DNA of 64,000 bases from Nitrospirales bacterium (GCA_963422365.1 OY729426.1:992001-1056000); one strand, 5' to 3'; shown: positions 48,658 to 61,078, numbered from the stretch's first letter. Translations and numbers: made by a program. Notes: a model not told the origin generated them from the letters alone.

Positions 48658-49299
48658 ATGGGTAAGCACAGTCGAGTTCATCAACTCAGACGATATTTCC
48701 TTACGGGATTATTTGTCGTCATCCCGGCGTGGGGAACCTTCCAGGTTTTGTTGACCTTGTTTGTGACGTTGGATGGGCTGTGGGGAAATCTGCTGGGCCC
48801 TATGATGACACTTGAAATTCCAGGAGCAGGCATTGCGCTCTTACTTCTGGTCATTGTAGGGGCTGGGATGCTGGGGACTCACCTTGTCGGGCAACGATTC
48901 GTGAGAAGGGTAGAGGAACCGTTTGAGCGGATACCATTGGTCAAAAGTATTTATCACACACTCAAGGGGATGACCGATCTGTTTCAATTCCGGGAACGAT
49001 TTGGCAAAAGTACGGTGGTCGTGTTTCCGTTTCCTCGCACCGGCCTCTGGGCGATTGGATTTCTGATGGGAGACGCACAGGGGATGCTCCAAATTTCCAA
49101 AGACGATTCACTCACCATGGTGTTTGTTCCTACGGCCATTCATCCCTTTACCGGGTATTTGGCTTTCGTGGGAAAATCGAAGGTCCACCGCGTCAATCTG
49201 CGCCCTGAAGAGGCCATGAAATTAGAATTTTCCGCGGGGCTGTATCGACCGACCCAGGGGTGGTTGGCATCTGCACCTCTCATACGACCGGATTTCTAG
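48658..49299 (+). CDS. DUF502 membrane protein
   Basis: FLTGLFVVIP, RIPLVKSIY, VFVPTAIHPFTGYL. Confidence 0.88.
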   Translation: MGKHSRVHQLRRYFLTGLFVVIPAWGTFQVLLTLFVTLDGLWGNLLGPMMTLEIPGAGIALLLLVIVGAGMLGTHLVGQRFVRRVEEPFERIPLVKSIYHTLKGMTDLFQFRERFGKSTVVVFPFPRTGLWAIGFLMGDAQGMLQISKDDSLTMVFVPTAIHPFTGYLAFVGKSKVHRVNLRPEEAMKLEFSAGLYRPTQGWLASAPLIRPDF

Positions 49300-49356
49300 G
49301 CTTGTCCCCCTCAGGCCTTTAACGGGGATCTATCGGAAAATTTCTGTTATCCGACT

Positions 49357-49857
49357 ATGACACAGGAACCACATTCAGATTTCCATATTCGTTTGGCTAC
49401 GCTCGACGATCTTGAGTCGTTAGTCACCTGTAATCTGTCTCTCGCATGGGAAACGGAGGGGAGACAATTAGAGCGGGCACGCCTTCAGGCCGGCGTGAAT
49501 TCGATACTGGCCGACGCCACCAAGGGGTTTTACCTAGTGATGGAGCATCGGCCCGCTGGGCAGAGTATCGGACAGTTGTTGCTCACCTTTGAATGGAGCG
49601 ATTGGCGTAATGCGGTCTTTTGGTGGCTACAAAGCGTGTATGTCCAAAAGGAATGGAGACAACACGGCGTTTTTAAAAAGTTGTACGATTATGTATTACA
49701 GGAAGCGGAACGTCAAGGGAACGTGGCTGGCATTCGTTTATACGTGGAAGAAGAAAATGCTGTTGCCCAAGGGGTGTATGCGCATGTAGGGTTGTCTGTG
49801 GCACCGTATAAATTGTTTGAGAACGATTTTATTCTACCAACCAGACCAAGTGAATAA
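49357..49857 (+). CDS. GNAT family N-acetyltransferase
   Basis: TFEWSDWRN, QSVYV..RQHGVF, RLYVEEEN..AQGVY. Confidence 0.88.
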   Translation: MTQEPHSDFHIRLATLDDLESLVTCNLSLAWETEGRQLERARLQAGVNSILADATKGFYLVMEHRPAGQSIGQLLLTFEWSDWRNAVFWWLQSVYVQKEWRQHGVFKKLYDYVLQEAERQGNVAGIRLYVEEENAVAQGVYAHVGLSVAPYKLFENDFILPTRPSE

Positions 49858-49957
49858 CGCCGAACAACCGTAGGCATCCGCCGGAGATCATCCGGGCGTT
49901 TCTGGTAGACAAGCATGCGGACCCGTTGTTCGACTTTCGATCCGGTGAACGTGCCTC

Positions 49958-51140
49958 ATGCTATTCCATGTTGCCATAGCTCGTGATTCGAACGCAGCCC
50001 AAGTGGCTCAGGCTTTAATCACATCTATACGGGAGGTGTTTGGCCAGACGCCCCTTGATTTTTTGGCCTGTCTGTTTTTTCCACCACATTATGCGGACGC
50101 CTTACACGAATTGGTCGATGCCCTCTACCGGCAATTAGCCCCACGAGTGATGGTCGGCTGTATGGGCGAAGGGACCCTCTGAAGAATACGAAAACAAGTC
50201 GGTGGTGACCTTGTGGGTGGCCATTTGCCTGCGGTACAAATGGATCCTTTCCATTTGATGTTCCATGAAGAGAAAGAGCAATCCTTTATCCTGGAGGGGT
50301 GGCCGAAGGCATTGGACTCGCTGTCGGATCGGCCGACGTTTCTGGTGTTGGCGGAACCCTTTTCTACGCCCATCGAGGATGTGTTTCAGAAAATCGAAGA
50401 ATGTTGCCCCGGCGCCCCGCGATTGGGGGCCTTGCGAGTGGAGGGGCCGATCTTGGCGAAAATCGGTTAGGGCTCAACAACAAGATCGTGGAGGACGGCT
50501 TCATTGGCGTGGCTCTGTGGGGACCGTTGGTGATTCGAACCGTGGTGTCTCAAGGATGTCAGCCCATTGGGGATCGTTACGTGGTCACCAAAGCCGAAAG
50601 AAACATTATGCATGAGTTAGGCGGCATGCCGACCTTGGAACATCTCCAACAGACACTCCAACGCCTAGGAGCGGAACGGAGAAAAGAGGGGTCCTAGGGG
50701 TGCAAGTCGGGGTGGCATTTGATGAGCAATCTCGAACGGTTTGACCGAGGAGATTTTCTCATTCGGGGGCTGCTGGGGGCAGACCAACGATCCTGGGGCA
50801 TGGCGATTTCCGATATCGTCAAAGAAGGGCAGACGATTCAATTTCATGTGAGAGATCCGAAGGCCGCGAGTGCAGATCTCAATTTATTGCTGGCCTAGGA
50901 TCGCCTGGCCTACCCGCATTCTCCTCTCAAGGGTGCCTGTTGTTTAGTTGTAACGGTCGAGGTCGACGATTTTCGCCGAACCGAATCATGATATTACGGC
51001 CCTCCAACGACGGGCCAAAGGGATTCCGGTTGCGGGGGGGGGGGGCGCTGGAGAAATTTGGCCGGTGGGCGGGAAAAATTTTATCCATGGGTATACCGTG
51101 AGTGTGGCGTTATTTACCGAGCCGCCTTCAACAGAGTAAG
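49958..51140 (+). pseudogene. FIST N/C signal-transduction protein with stops and frameshifts
   Basis: [60 protein letters not shown], split over several frames. Confidence 0.85.
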
Positions 51141-51171
51141 TCCATCGGCGAAACGAAAGGAACGAAAGGCA

Positions 51172-51609
51172 ATGCTGTTCAAGACAATCAGAACATGGGG
51201 ATGGGTCGTTGTGGTGAGTGGGTTGTTCGCTCTCCAAGGGTTGGGAACGGTTCTCGGAGCAGAACCTGAACCCATCAAGACTTTTTCCGGGCTCCACTAC
51301 GTCGACTTGGTGACAGGCCACGGTCGGGCGGCTCACGTGGGGGAAACCGCGATCGTCCATTATACGGGGTGGCTGGAAGATGGAACGAAGTTCGATAGTT
51401 CGGTGGATCGTGGGGACCCGTTTTCGTTTCGATTGGATGCCGGTCGAGTTATTAAAGGCTGGGATGAAGGAGTCGTGGGGATGAAAATCGGAACGAAACG
51501 CAAGTTGATCATTCCGCCTCATCTTGGATACGGCAGTCGTGGTGAGGGCCGAATCATTCCTCCAAACGCGACGCTGATTTTTGAAGTGGAACTTTTGGAT
51601 CTCCGGTAA
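51172..51609 (+). CDS. FKBP-type peptidyl-prolyl isomerase
   Basis: [40 protein letters not shown]. Confidence 0.95.
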   Translation: MLFKTIRTWGWVVVVSGLFALQGLGTVLGAEPEPIKTFSGLHYVDLVTGHGRAAHVGETAIVHYTGWLEDGTKFDSSVDRGDPFSFRLDAGRVIKGWDEGVVGMKIGTKRKLIIPPHLGYGSRGEGRIIPPNATLIFEVELLDLR

Positions 51610-51678
51610 GGGGTCGTGCTTGTTGCCCGTTCACAGGATCGCGCACTCATCTGCCCAACTACCGTTTTTCTCTTTCCC

Positions 51679-52782
51679 ATGAAACAGACCTCCCTGTATG
51701 AGGCCCATGTGACCCAGAAGGCCAAAATCGTTGATTTTGCCGGCTGGGCCATGCCCATCCGGTATTCAGGCATCCTTGATGAATATCACACGGTCCGAAC
51801 CACGGCAGGGTTATGTGATGTGAGTCACATGGGGCGCCTTTATCTAGAAGGCCCAGGGGCCGTGCCGTTCCTTCAGCGCGTGACCACCAATGATGTGCAA
51901 CAAGTCGAGCCGATGAGTTCTCAATACTCGATGGTCTGCAACCCCGCTGGCGGCGTCAAAGACGATATTTTTCTGTATCGGTTGGGTGAAGAGCAGTTTC
52001 TTCTGTGTCTAAATGCGTCCAATCTCGACAAGATCAGAAGTTGGCTTTTCCAGCAACACGATGAAGAACAGGGAAATCTTCGCATCATTGATCGATCGGA
52101 AGATTTAGCCCAACTGGCCCTACAAGGGCCTGCCTCAAAGGCGCTCTTGCAGGAACACACGGGATCATCACTTGATGGGCTGAAGCCACGACACTGTCTT
52201 CGAGAGCCGTTCGGTGACGTCGATTGTCTGATTACGCGAACCGGCTATACCGGAGAGCTCGGGTATGAATTATATGTGTCGGCGACTCAGGTTCGCTACG
52301 TGTGGGATCGACTGATGCAGTCAGGGGAGAAGTTCGGCTTGAAGCCCACTGGGTTGGGCGCACGGGATTTGCTTCGGCTCGACATGGGGTACTTGTTATA
52401 CGGTAATGATCTGACCGAATCGATCACCCCGATCGAGGCGAATGCTGCCTGGACAGTGAGTTTCGAGAAGGGCTCCTTCATCGGCGAGACAGTCCTCAAA
52501 CAACAAGCCGACCAGGGCCCACCCCAACGCTTGGTGGCGTTCGAATTATTGGAAAAAGCCGTTCCCCGTCATGAGATGAAATTGTTTTCGCAAGACAAAC
52601 CGATAGGGACAGTCACCAGCGGGAACCTTTCTCCCATTCTGCAAAAAGGCATTGGCTTAGGGTATGTGGAGCCCGCCTATAGCAAAGCCGGTACGGCTTT
52701 CGATGTCGAGATTCGAGGCAAGCGAGTGCCCGCACAGGTGGTGGCCCTTCCCTTTTATAAAAAACTCAAGCGACCAACATGA
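51679..52782 (+). CDS. gcvT: Glycine cleavage aminomethyltransferase
   Basis: FAGWAMP, DVSHMG, LALQGP, RTGYTGELGYE, GLGARDLLRLD. Confidence 0.95.
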   Translation: MKQTSLYEAHVTQKAKIVDFAGWAMPIRYSGILDEYHTVRTTAGLCDVSHMGRLYLEGPGAVPFLQRVTTNDVQQVEPMSSQYSMVCNPAGGVKDDIFLYRLGEEQFLLCLNASNLDKIRSWLFQQHDEEQGNLRIIDRSEDLAQLALQGPASKALLQEHTGSSLDGLKPRHCLREPFGDVDCLITRTGYTGELGYELYVSATQVRYVWDRLMQSGEKFGLKPTGLGARDLLRLDMGYLLYGNDLTESITPIEANAAWTVSFEKGSFIGETVLKQQADQGPPQRLVAFELLEKAVPRHEMKLFSQDKPIGTVTSGNLSPILQKGIGLGYVEPAYSKAGTAFDVEIRGKRVPAQVVALPFYKKLKRPT

Positions 52783-52834
52783 GAAATGCGTGCTCACATA
52801 ACCCCGTTCGTTCCATGAATGTCTGTCATGGTGC

Positions 52835-53368
52835 ATGATGAAAAAAACGATCTATAAGGGAAAAATCATCGAGCTGTCCGTGGAGACGGTGACCCTGCCG
52901 AATGGGGCCATGGCTGACCTTGAGGTCATTGCCCATCCCGGGGCCGCGGCCGTCGTGCCGATGAAAGATGACCGGACGGTGGTCATGGTCCGGCAATATC
53001 GTCATGCCGTGGGAAGCTTTATCTATGAAATTCCTGCGGGCAAGCTGCATCCCGGCGAAGACCCCCGGGATTGCGCGGTTCGGGAAGTCGAAGAAGAAAC
53101 CGGCTACAAGGTGAGGCGGTTAGAGCCGCTCCTGAGCTTTTTGACCACGCCGGGCTTTACCAACGAAATCATTCACATTTTTGTGGGAAGAGATCTCGCG
53201 TCAGGCACGCAAAACCTGGATGCGGATGAAGCTCTGGATGTCATTGAAATGCCGCTTGCCCAAGCCATGAGTCTCATCAAGGACGGCGTCGTCAAAGATG
53301 CAAAGACCATCATTGGCCTGCAGGCCACCTCTCTCAAGGTAGCAGACAAGCACGAAATCTTACCCTGA
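52835..53368 (+). CDS. NUDIX hydrolase (ADP-ribose pyrophosphatase-like)
   Basis: QYRH, EIPAGKL, AVREVEEETG, DAKT. Confidence 0.9.
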   Translation: MMKKTIYKGKIIELSVETVTLPNGAMADLEVIAHPGAAAVVPMKDDRTVVMVRQYRHAVGSFIYEIPAGKLHPGEDPRDCAVREVEEETGYKVRRLEPLLSFLTTPGFTNEIIHIFVGRDLASGTQNLDADEALDVIEMPLAQAMSLIKDGVVKDAKTIIGLQATSLKVADKHEILP

Positions 53369-54373
53369 AAGTTCTGAGCCTCCCAACAGAAACCCGTCTT
53401 TTAATGGGTCGTCCGGATCGATCACAAATTCGTGACGCCCCGTGAGGTAGGCTTGGCTTTCGACTTCCGGAATAATCGCCAGAAGAGGGCCCAGTTGCGT
53501 CTCCTCCACAATTTTCCCTCCGAACCGCGTTCCCACAATGCTTTCAAACCGGAGTGATTGTCCTACTTGAAAGGTCCCTTTGGCGTGGAGGAGAGCCAAG
53601 TGTGCGCTGGCTCCGGTTCCCGTTGGCGATCGATCCAATGCGCCATTGGCAAAGATGGCCGTCTGCCGGACGTCCCCTCCAGGCGTGTGAGGCGGGCCGA
53701 CGAAGATCGTTCCATAGAGGTAGCCGAGCTCGGGTTCCGTGTGGTGGGAAATGGTACGTTCGGCCATGATGGCCTGTTTGATGGCGAGGCCCAGGTCTTA
53801 GAGGTGTCGCGCATGTCTGGGGTCAAGGGTGATGCCCAGTGCCTCAGACCGGCAAAAGGCATAGAATGCTCCGCCAAGGCTACATCATAGTCGACCGAGC
53901 CGAGACCTGGAACCTGACCGTCTGCTCCACGTCAAGAATAAAGGACGGCAGATTGAGAAAAGAGACGCGTCGAACCTTGCCTTCATCAATGGAAGCCCGT
54001 GCCGTCACCAGGCCACTGGGGGTGTCGAATCGGATCGTGGTGGTAGGGCCGGAAACAGGAAACAACCCCTGTTCCAGCATGACCGTCGTGAGCCGATGAT
54101 GCCATGCCCGCACATCGTACTGTAGCCTTCATTATGAAAAAACAGCACCCCGGTATCGGCTTGTGGGTGTGCAGGGGTGACTAACAGGCACCCATACATC
54201 TTGTGGTGGCCTCGATGTTCCCACATGAGCGCCGTGCGAAGATGGTCCAGATGTGTCCGGCAATACAGGCGTTTTTCCAGAATGGTCGAACCGGAGGGTT
54301 CTGGGAATCCTACTGTCACGACACGAAGCCCTTCTCTGGCAACATGACAGTCAAGGGTGGTGAGGGCGTGCAT
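53360..54373 (-). pseudogene. Proline racemase family enzyme (Cys/Thr type, trans-3-hydroxy-L-proline dehydratase-like), frameshifted
   Basis: [25 protein letters not shown] and DRSPTGTG spread over several frames. Confidence 0.85.
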
Positions 54374-54440
54374 GGGTGAGGCTGAAATACGTGAGTCCCG
54401 AGCCCGCCATGCCAATGAGCAGGACTCAAGGGAATCCTCG

Positions 54441-55097
54441 TCAGGCGTACGGTTCAGTCATGAACCAACCGGCGATCGAAAGCCGTTTGTGGTCATCCGC
54501 TAACGCATCGACCCGACACACGCGATGGAAACGGGGCACGGCAAAGAGGGCGAGCAATCCTGGTTGCGGGGCGATGCAGTGTGTCACTTCCAAAACACGG
54601 TTCCTCTGTGGGTCCTTCTTGGCATGATAGAGGATGAGTTCCCCGCCCCAATCGGTGTTCCATTCGGAATGGAGATACGTAGCCAGGGCCAGCCGCCGGA
54701 GGGGCGGTGGGCAGTGACGGTGGGCGGCATAGGCTTCATTCGTATCATCATGCGTCGGAAGACAGTCTCCAGCACCATAGGAATAGTAATTAAAATTCAC
54801 GTGCCGTTGCCTGACGTTGGGAAAGGAGTCCATGTAATCCGCAATGCAAGGCAGTGACAATTTGTCAAGAAAGAGTTGCCGCTCGCAAGGGCCGATTTCG
54901 GCCTTCAGCCAATTGCCTGAATGGGGGAAGGCTCGGGACACCGTCGGCATGTCCAGCAGGCCCATCCAGGTCGAATGAGTCATCGCTGCTCTAAAAGTGT
55001 TCATTTCCTTTTCAGTCCAAAAATTTTCCAGCACCAGCACCGGGTCTTTCTGAAAAGAGAATTTCTTGGGATTAAATTGATGAAACTGAACTTTCAT
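54441..55097 (-). CDS. 2OG-Fe(II) oxygenase, prolyl-hydroxylase-like
   Basis: HDD, YL..W...[17 protein letters not shown]. Confidence 0.88.
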   Translation of the reverse strand: MKVQFHQFNPKKFSFQKDPVLVLENFWTEKEMNTFRAAMTHSTWMGLLDMPTVSRAFPHSGNWLKAEIGPCERQLFLDKLSLPCIADYMDSFPNVRQRHVNFNYYSYGAGDCLPTHDDTNEAYAAHRHCPPPLRRLALATYLHSEWNTDWGGELILYHAKKDPQRNRVLEVTHCIAPQPGLLALFAVPRFHRVCRVDALADDHKRLSIAGWFMTEPYA

Positions 55098-55174
55098 GAA
55101 CGGACCTCAAGCTTGCATGACGCAAGCAGGACAAGTAGTGTTCGTCAAAGAGTAAGGGAACGGGAGGGGTAGGG

Positions 55175-56829
55175 TCAAGAAAGCGCAGGCTTTGGCTGAG
55201 ACAGGCGTTTGGCTAATCGACGTGCCACCCGGGTTATGGCGGTGGAGTGATCCTTGGGGTCGAGGATCACGTTGAGGATATGCAGGTGGTGGGCGTCTGC
55301 CATGGCCGAATCCAGGGCCTGCACAAAGGCTCCGAACGTCTCGACCCGATGCCCGATGCCGCTGCCAATTAATGCGCAGATTTTGTCATAGTGCCATTGA
55401 TGAATGTCATGAAACGGACCTTCTAAAATTTTTCGTTCGGTCGCATAGCCGCGGTTATTGAGAATGATGATAATGGGTGTGTGATGGTTTCGAAGACAGG
55501 TCGAGATCTCGGTCCCGGTCATCTAAAACGCGCCATCGCCGACCAAGACCAGCGGCCTCAGGGACAGATCGGCAAATCCTGCGCCAAGCGCAGCGGGGAG
55601 GCTAAACCCCATGGATGTATAGTAGGCCGGAGAAAGAAACTCAGTGCTTCTCCGCACGTATAGACCTGCGGCAGCAAAGAGTGATTTACCCACATCGGCA
55701 ATCACCACGGTGCTCATCCAGGTATCCAAACATATTGTGAAGGGTGACGGGAGCGTCCGTCGAAGGCGCTTCAAATTTGCCGCGATCCTGAACGGGCAGG
55801 GGGTGAGGCGGAAACGAGGGCAGCGGGGTGGCCGAAAGCGCTCGGATGAAGTCCTCGAATCGAACGCCCTCATAGCGATGGTGCTTAATGGCCATCGAAT
55901 CGGCTGTTGCATGAAGCGTTCGTCCCGTGGCTAATACACTGGAATGGACTTTGACGTCTTCAATGTCCGTCAGGAGCGTGCCCAGGTCAGCAAGCAATCG
56001 GCTTGATCCACAAATTCCAAAATTTCGTCATGACCTACGAGACCGCCATATGCGCCGAGGTACAAGGGGGTGATCTTCTCGAATGACCGATTTGCCGAGC
56101 AACGTCGTTGCCACGGGCATGCCCATGCGTTCGACCAAAGCCGTGAGCTCGTGCTGGAGTCCGAACCGGTAAATTTCCGCGCCGGCCAAAATCACCGGTC
56201 GTTCCGATTCTGAAAGAATGCCCCCGGACTTCGGCAATCGCTTCCTTTAACTCGGCGGGTTTGCTTTCACATTCCGTCACCGTGGGAGGCGTGGAGTAAG
56301 AAATCTGAACGGGGGTGAGTACCACGTCACGAGGAATTTCCCAATAGATCGGCCGCTTGTCTTTCAGTAGGCGGTCAGGGCGCGATCGATCTCCCGTTCG
56401 GCGGTGAGGGGATCGTCCAGATCACCGATGCGACGGTGACTTTTTCAAACCCGTTTCGTTGGGTGGAAAAGTTTCGAAACCTGTGACGAAGAAAAGGGGG
56501 TACCAATCGTTCCGCAAGCCCCGGCGAACCCGACAGCATCACGACCGGCGACTGCTCCGCATAATAGGCGCAGGCAATGGCATTGACGATAGTAAGCCCG
56601 CCGACGCAATACCTGACACAGGCCCCGCCTATTCCATGGAGCCGCGCATAGGCATCAGCCGCAAACCCGGTGCCATGTTCACGGGTCGTCCCAAGTGCTC
56701 AATGGGTGATACTTCGATCAGCTTGTAGAGCGTGAGGACATATTCCCCAGGAACGCCGAAGATATGCTTCAGCCCAAGCTGGTCTAGACGATCCAGCAAA
56801 AGCGAGTCGATGGTGTGAACCGTACTCAT
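55175..56829 (-). pseudogene. TPP-dependent alpha-keto acid (indolepyruvate/pyruvate-type) decarboxylase, heavily decayed
   Basis: HIFGVPGEY, RPVILAG, TTLLGKS, YYTSMGFSLP, GDGAF*MTG, LNNRGY. Confidence 0.88.
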
Positions 56830-56890
56830 GTCCCGTCCTCTTCGCTCATCATCAGGATCTCCGAAGATGTGGTGCGCGGGAGAGACGGTG

Positions 56891-58153
56891 TTACGTCTGA
56901 TGTTCCAACCGATCAAGCACTGCGGCTCCCACCGCATCTCCCCAGACGTTGACCGTCGTGCGGCAGCGGTCAAGCAACCAATCGATCACGAGAATGAGTG
57001 CAATGCCTTCAATGGGAAGGTTCACGGCTTTGAGGACGATCACCATGGTGACAAGGCCGGCTTCAGGGATGCCGGCGGCTCCGATAGCGGCTAATGTCGC
57101 CGTCAGTACGATAATAACCGTGTGGGCGAAGCTGAGTTCGATGCCATAGGACTGCGCAATAAACACGGCAGCCACTGCCTCGTAGAGGGCCGTGCCGTTC
57201 ATGTTGATCGTGGCGCCTAAGGGGAGCACGAAGCGCGCGGTTCGTGATGAAATCCCGTGTTCATCGATAACGGCTTCCATGGTGAGAGGGAGCGTGGCGG
57301 AGCTTGAACTGGTAGAGAATGCGGTCGTGAGCGCGGTCCCGAGATTTCTTGCGTATTTGAGGACGCTTTGCTTCCCAATGACGTGAAGGATAAGAGGAAG
57401 CACCAGGAGAGCATGAATCAATAACGCCAGAAAGACGGTGCCGGCATAGGCCCCTAATTGAACCAATTGCGGCCAAAAGCCGCTGAACCCTCCTGCCTCG
57501 CCTAAACGGCCGGCAATCAAGGCGCCGATGCCAATGGGTGCGGCCCACATCAACAGATGCACCATGGCCATGATGGCCCCGTTCACCCCTGCAAAAAATC
57601 GGATGACGAATGCGCCTTGTTCCCCAAGTGTCGTGAGGACTCCGCCGAATATCAGAGAAAAAACAATCAATGGCAGCACGTCCGCGTTGGCCATGGCCGA
57701 GAACAGATTTTTGGGGATGAGCCCAATCAAGATCGTCCGAAGCAACTCGGTGACGTTGGCGGGTTTATCCTCTAATCGTTCAGAGACCGTGGTCATGTCG
57801 CCGAGGGCGGATCCAGCCGTTTCTTGAGCCCCCGGCTGAATCAGTAAGACCAGCACCAGCCCGATGATGACCGCGCTGCCCGTGGTCATCATGAAATAGA
57901 GGATCGTACGGCCGCCGAGCGGGCCGAGTCGTCGCACGTCGCCCAAGCTGCTGACTCCGACGATCATGGAACTGATGACGAGAGGAACCACCATCACGAA
58001 TAGGGCTTTGAGAAATAATTCTCCAAGGAACGAAACGGAGTGTCCTATGACTGGGAAGGCTCCGCCGAGGATGGTTCCACCCCCGATTCCGAACAGGATG
58101 GCCCACAGCAGCGGGTTTGGCGATTTTGTTTTCAAGGTGTGTTCAATCATCAA
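56891..58153 (-). CDS. Dicarboxylate/amino acid:cation symporter (DAACS)
   Basis: FSTSSSSATLP, LGATINMNGT, GAAGIP, DRCRTTVNVWGD. Confidence 0.93.
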   Translation of the reverse strand: MMIEHTLKTKSPNPLLWAILFGIGGGTILGGAFPVIGHSVSFLGELFLKALFVMVVPLVISSMIVGVSSLGDVRRLGPLGGRTILYFMMTTGSAVIIGLVLVLLIQPGAQETAGSALGDMTTVSERLEDKPANVTELLRTILIGLIPKNLFSAMANADVLPLIVFSLIFGGVLTTLGEQGAFVIRFFAGVNGAIMAMVHLLMWAAPIGIGALIAGRLGEAGGFSGFWPQLVQLGAYAGTVFLALLIHALLVLPLILHVIGKQSVLKYARNLGTALTTAFSTSSSSATLPLTMEAVIDEHGISSRTARFVLPLGATINMNGTALYEAVAAVFIAQSYGIELSFAHTVIIVLTATLAAIGAAGIPEAGLVTMVIVLKAVNLPIEGIALILVIDWLLDRCRTTVNVWGDAVGAAVLDRLEHQT

Positions 58154-58186
58154 GCGCTGGTGAAATCTTCAGGCTGCATCCTGAGT

Positions 58187-61078
58187 TTAGGATTCTTGAT
58201 AATGATCGAGTGGAGGGCACGTGCAGATGACGTGGCGATCTCCATACGCACTATCGATGCGTGAGACGGACGGCCAGAATTTAGCGTCGCGGAGCCACGG
58301 CAGGGGGAAGGCCGCCTGTGCACGGCTATACGGACGATTCCAGTTCGGGTTCGTGACGGCTTCAATCGTATGCGGGGCATTTTTCAAGGGATTGTCGTCT
58401 TGCGGGAGTCGCCCTTCTTCAATGGCTGCAATTTCTTTTCGAATCGTCAGTAGCGCGTCGCAATACCGATCGAGTTCCGCCTTGGATTCGCTTTCCGTGG
58501 GTTCAATCATCATGGTGCCGGCTACGGGCCATGAAATGGTCGGGGCGTGGAATCCAAAATCCATGAGGCGTTTGCCAAGATCTTCCACTTCAATAGCCGC
58601 CGACTTTTTAAACGGTCGCAAATCGACAATAAATTCATGGGCACACAAGTTGCCTTTTCCACGGTACAGGATGGAAAAATTTTTTTCCAGTCGCTTGGCC
58701 ATGTAATTGGCAGTGAGAATCGCGATGTTGGTAGCTTGGGTCAATCCTTTTCCGCCCATGAGGGCCATAAAGGCCCAGGAAATCGGCAGAATACTCGGGC
58801 TCCCATATGGTGCCGCGGATATCGACCCAATGCCGTGTGCTCCCCCTGTGTTGTGCATCGGATGTCCCGGCAAAAACGGAACCAGATGCCCGGCAACGGC
58901 AAGCGGCCCCATCCCCGGACCGCCGCCCCCGTGAGGAATGCAAAAGGTCTTGTGCAAGTTGAGATGACAGACATCGGCGCCGATATCGGCAGGTCGGCAT
59001 AGGCCAACCATCGCGTTCATGTTCGCGCCATCCAGATAGACTTGCCCGCCGTATTCATGCACAATTTGACAGACTGCTTGAATCGTTTCTTCAAACACTC
59101 CGTGCGTCGAAGGGTACGTCACCATGAGGGCGGCCAACGTGTTGTGATGGCAGTCGGCCTTGTCGCGCAAATCGACAAGATCGATATTCCCGTGTTCGTC
59201 ACAAGCCACGGGAACAACTTGCAGGCCGGCAATCACCGCACTCGCGGGGTTCGTCCCGTGAGCAGACGACGGGATCAGACAAATATTCCTGTGCCCTTGC
59301 CCTTGGTTCTCGTGATACGCCCGAATGACCAGCAGTCCGGCATATTCCCCCTGGGAGCCGGCATTGGGTTGGAGTGAGACTGCCGAATACCCCGTGATTT
59401 CCGAGAGCCACGTCCCCAATTCCTTGAATAGACGGGTGTACCCTTCAGTTTGTTCAGCAGGGGCAAAGGGATGAATACGACTGAATTCCGGCCATGTCAC
59501 GGGGAGCATTTCCGCTGTTGCGTTGAGCTTCATGGTGCAGGAGCCCAGGGGAATCATGGAATGCACCAGCGAGAGGTCTCGCGACTGAAGCCGATACATG
59601 TAGCGTAACAGCTCATGTTCGGAATGATACTGATGAAAGACTGCGTGCGTCAGAAAGGGGGTTGTGCGAGCAAAGGGGGCTGGCAACGAGACGGAGCGTG
59701 TTTCCGCCAGTTCTTTTGCCGTAAACCATAACCGACCATCTTTTGAAAACGTTTTCCATAGGGTCTCCACGTCATCCATGGTCGTGGTTTCATCCAATGC
59801 GATGCCGAAGGAGCCATCTGCAAAGTCTCGAAGGTTGAGACGATGCTGCTCTGCTCGGCTGCGAATCAGGTCTGCCTGGAGCGCGTCGGTGGATACCCGC
59901 AACGTATCAAAAAAGAGTTCGTCGGGAACCTGACATCGGAGACGGGTCAAGCCCTCGGCGAGGACGACGGTCAAGCCGTGGACGCGTTCGGCAATGCGTT
60001 TCAGCCCGCTGGGTCCGTGATACACGGCATACATGCTGGCAATATTGGCCAACAACACCTGAGCGGTACAGATATTACTCGTGGCTCGGTCGCGACGAAT
60101 ATGTTGCTCGCGGGTCTGTAACGCGAGCCGGTAAGCCGTTCGTCCATGACTATCTTTGGATACACCGACGATTCTTCCAGGTATTTGTCGCTTGTAGGCT
60201 TCTCGCGTGGCCAGGAATGCGGCATGCGGGCCTCCGAATCCTAACGGGACCCCAAAGCGTTGGCTGGATCCCACGGCGATATCCGCGCCGAATTCTCCTG
60301 GGGGTTTGAAGAGAGTGAGCGCGAGCAAATCGGTGGCGACCACGACCTGTGTGCCCGCTTCATGGGCTCGCTGAACCAGATCGTGGTAATCGCGAAGCGT
60401 GCCATCCGTGGTGGGATATTGGAGAAGGAGCCCACAATATGCCCCCTGTTCCCAGTCGATTCCATCGACCGTGCCGATATCCAAATGGAGCCCGAGCGAT
60501 TCAGCGCGCGTCCGAACCACGGCAAGTGTTTGCGGGTGACACCCATGAGAAGCGAAAAACGCCCGTCGATTCGGCCCGCTAATGGCTTTGCACATGGCCA
60601 TGGCTTCCGCTGCGGCGGTCCCTTCGTCCAGCAGTGAAGCATTGGCCAAGGGGAGGCTGGTAAGATCAGCCACCATCGTTTGAAAATTGAGGAGGGCTTC
60701 CAAACGTCCTTGGGCAATTTCTGCTTGATAGGGGGTGTACTGGGTGTACCACGCCGGATTTTCCAACATATTTCGGAGAATGACCGGGGGCGTGTGACAA
60801 TCGTAATACCCCATCCCAATAAACGAACGGAACACCTGATTCTGTTGGGCCATGTGCTGAAGGTCGGATAAGACCTCCTGCTCGCTCCGTGGGGCCGGCA
60901 AGTTGAGCGATGCCTGAAGGCGAATGTCATCTGGGATAGCGGCATGGACCAGCGCCTCCAGTGACGGTAAGCCGAGGGCCACCAACATCTCCTGAATTTC
61001 AGCTTCTGTCGGCCCCACGTGCCGATTCAGGAAAATCTCTGAGGGCGCGAACCAACTCTGTGCGGTGCGGTCAGTCAT
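58187..61078 (-). CDS. gcvP: Glycine dehydrogenase (decarboxylating)
   Basis: [53 protein letters not shown]. Confidence 0.98.
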   Translation of the reverse strand: MTDRTAQSWFAPSEIFLNRHVGPTEAEIQEMLVALGLPSLEALVHAAIPDDIRLQASLNLPAPRSEQEVLSDLQHMAQQNQVFRSFIGMGYYDCHTPPVILRNMLENPAWYTQYTPYQAEIAQGRLEALLNFQTMVADLTSLPLANASLLDEGTAAAEAMAMCKAISGPNRRAFFASHGCHPQTLAVVRTRAESLGLHLDIGTVDGIDWEQGAYCGLLLQYPTTDGTLRDYHDLVQRAHEAGTQVVVATDLLALTLFKPPGEFGADIAVGSSQRFGVPLGFGGPHAAFLATREAYKRQIPGRIVGVSKDSHGRTAYRLALQTREQHIRRDRATSNICTAQVLLANIASMYAVYHGPSGLKRIAERVHGLTVVLAEGLTRLRCQVPDELFFDTLRVSTDALQADLIRSRAEQHRLNLRDFADGSFGIALDETTTMDDVETLWKTFSKDGRLWFTAKELAETRSVSLPAPFARTTPFLTHAVFHQYHSEHELLRYMYRLQSRDLSLVHSMIPLGSCTMKLNATAEMLPVTWPEFSRIHPFAPAEQTEGYTRLFKELGTWLSEITGYSAVSLQPNAGSQGEYAGLLVIRAYHENQGQGHRNICLIPSSAHGTNPASAVIAGLQVVPVACDEHGNIDLVDLRDKADCHHNTLAALMVTYPSTHGVFEETIQAVCQIVHEYGGQVYLDGANMNAMVGLCRPADIGADVCHLNLHKTFCIPHGGGGPGMGPLAVAGHLVPFLPGHPMHNTGGAHGIGSISAAPYGSPSILPISWAFMALMGGKGLTQATNIAILTANYMAKRLEKNFSILYRGKGNLCAHEFIVDLRPFKKSAAIEVEDLGKRLMDFGFHAPTISWPVAGTMMIEPTESESKAELDRYCDALLTIRKEIAAIEEGRLPQDDNPLKNAPHTIEAVTNPNWNRPYSRAQAAFPLPWLRDAKFWPSVSRIDSAYGDRHVICTCPPLDHYQES

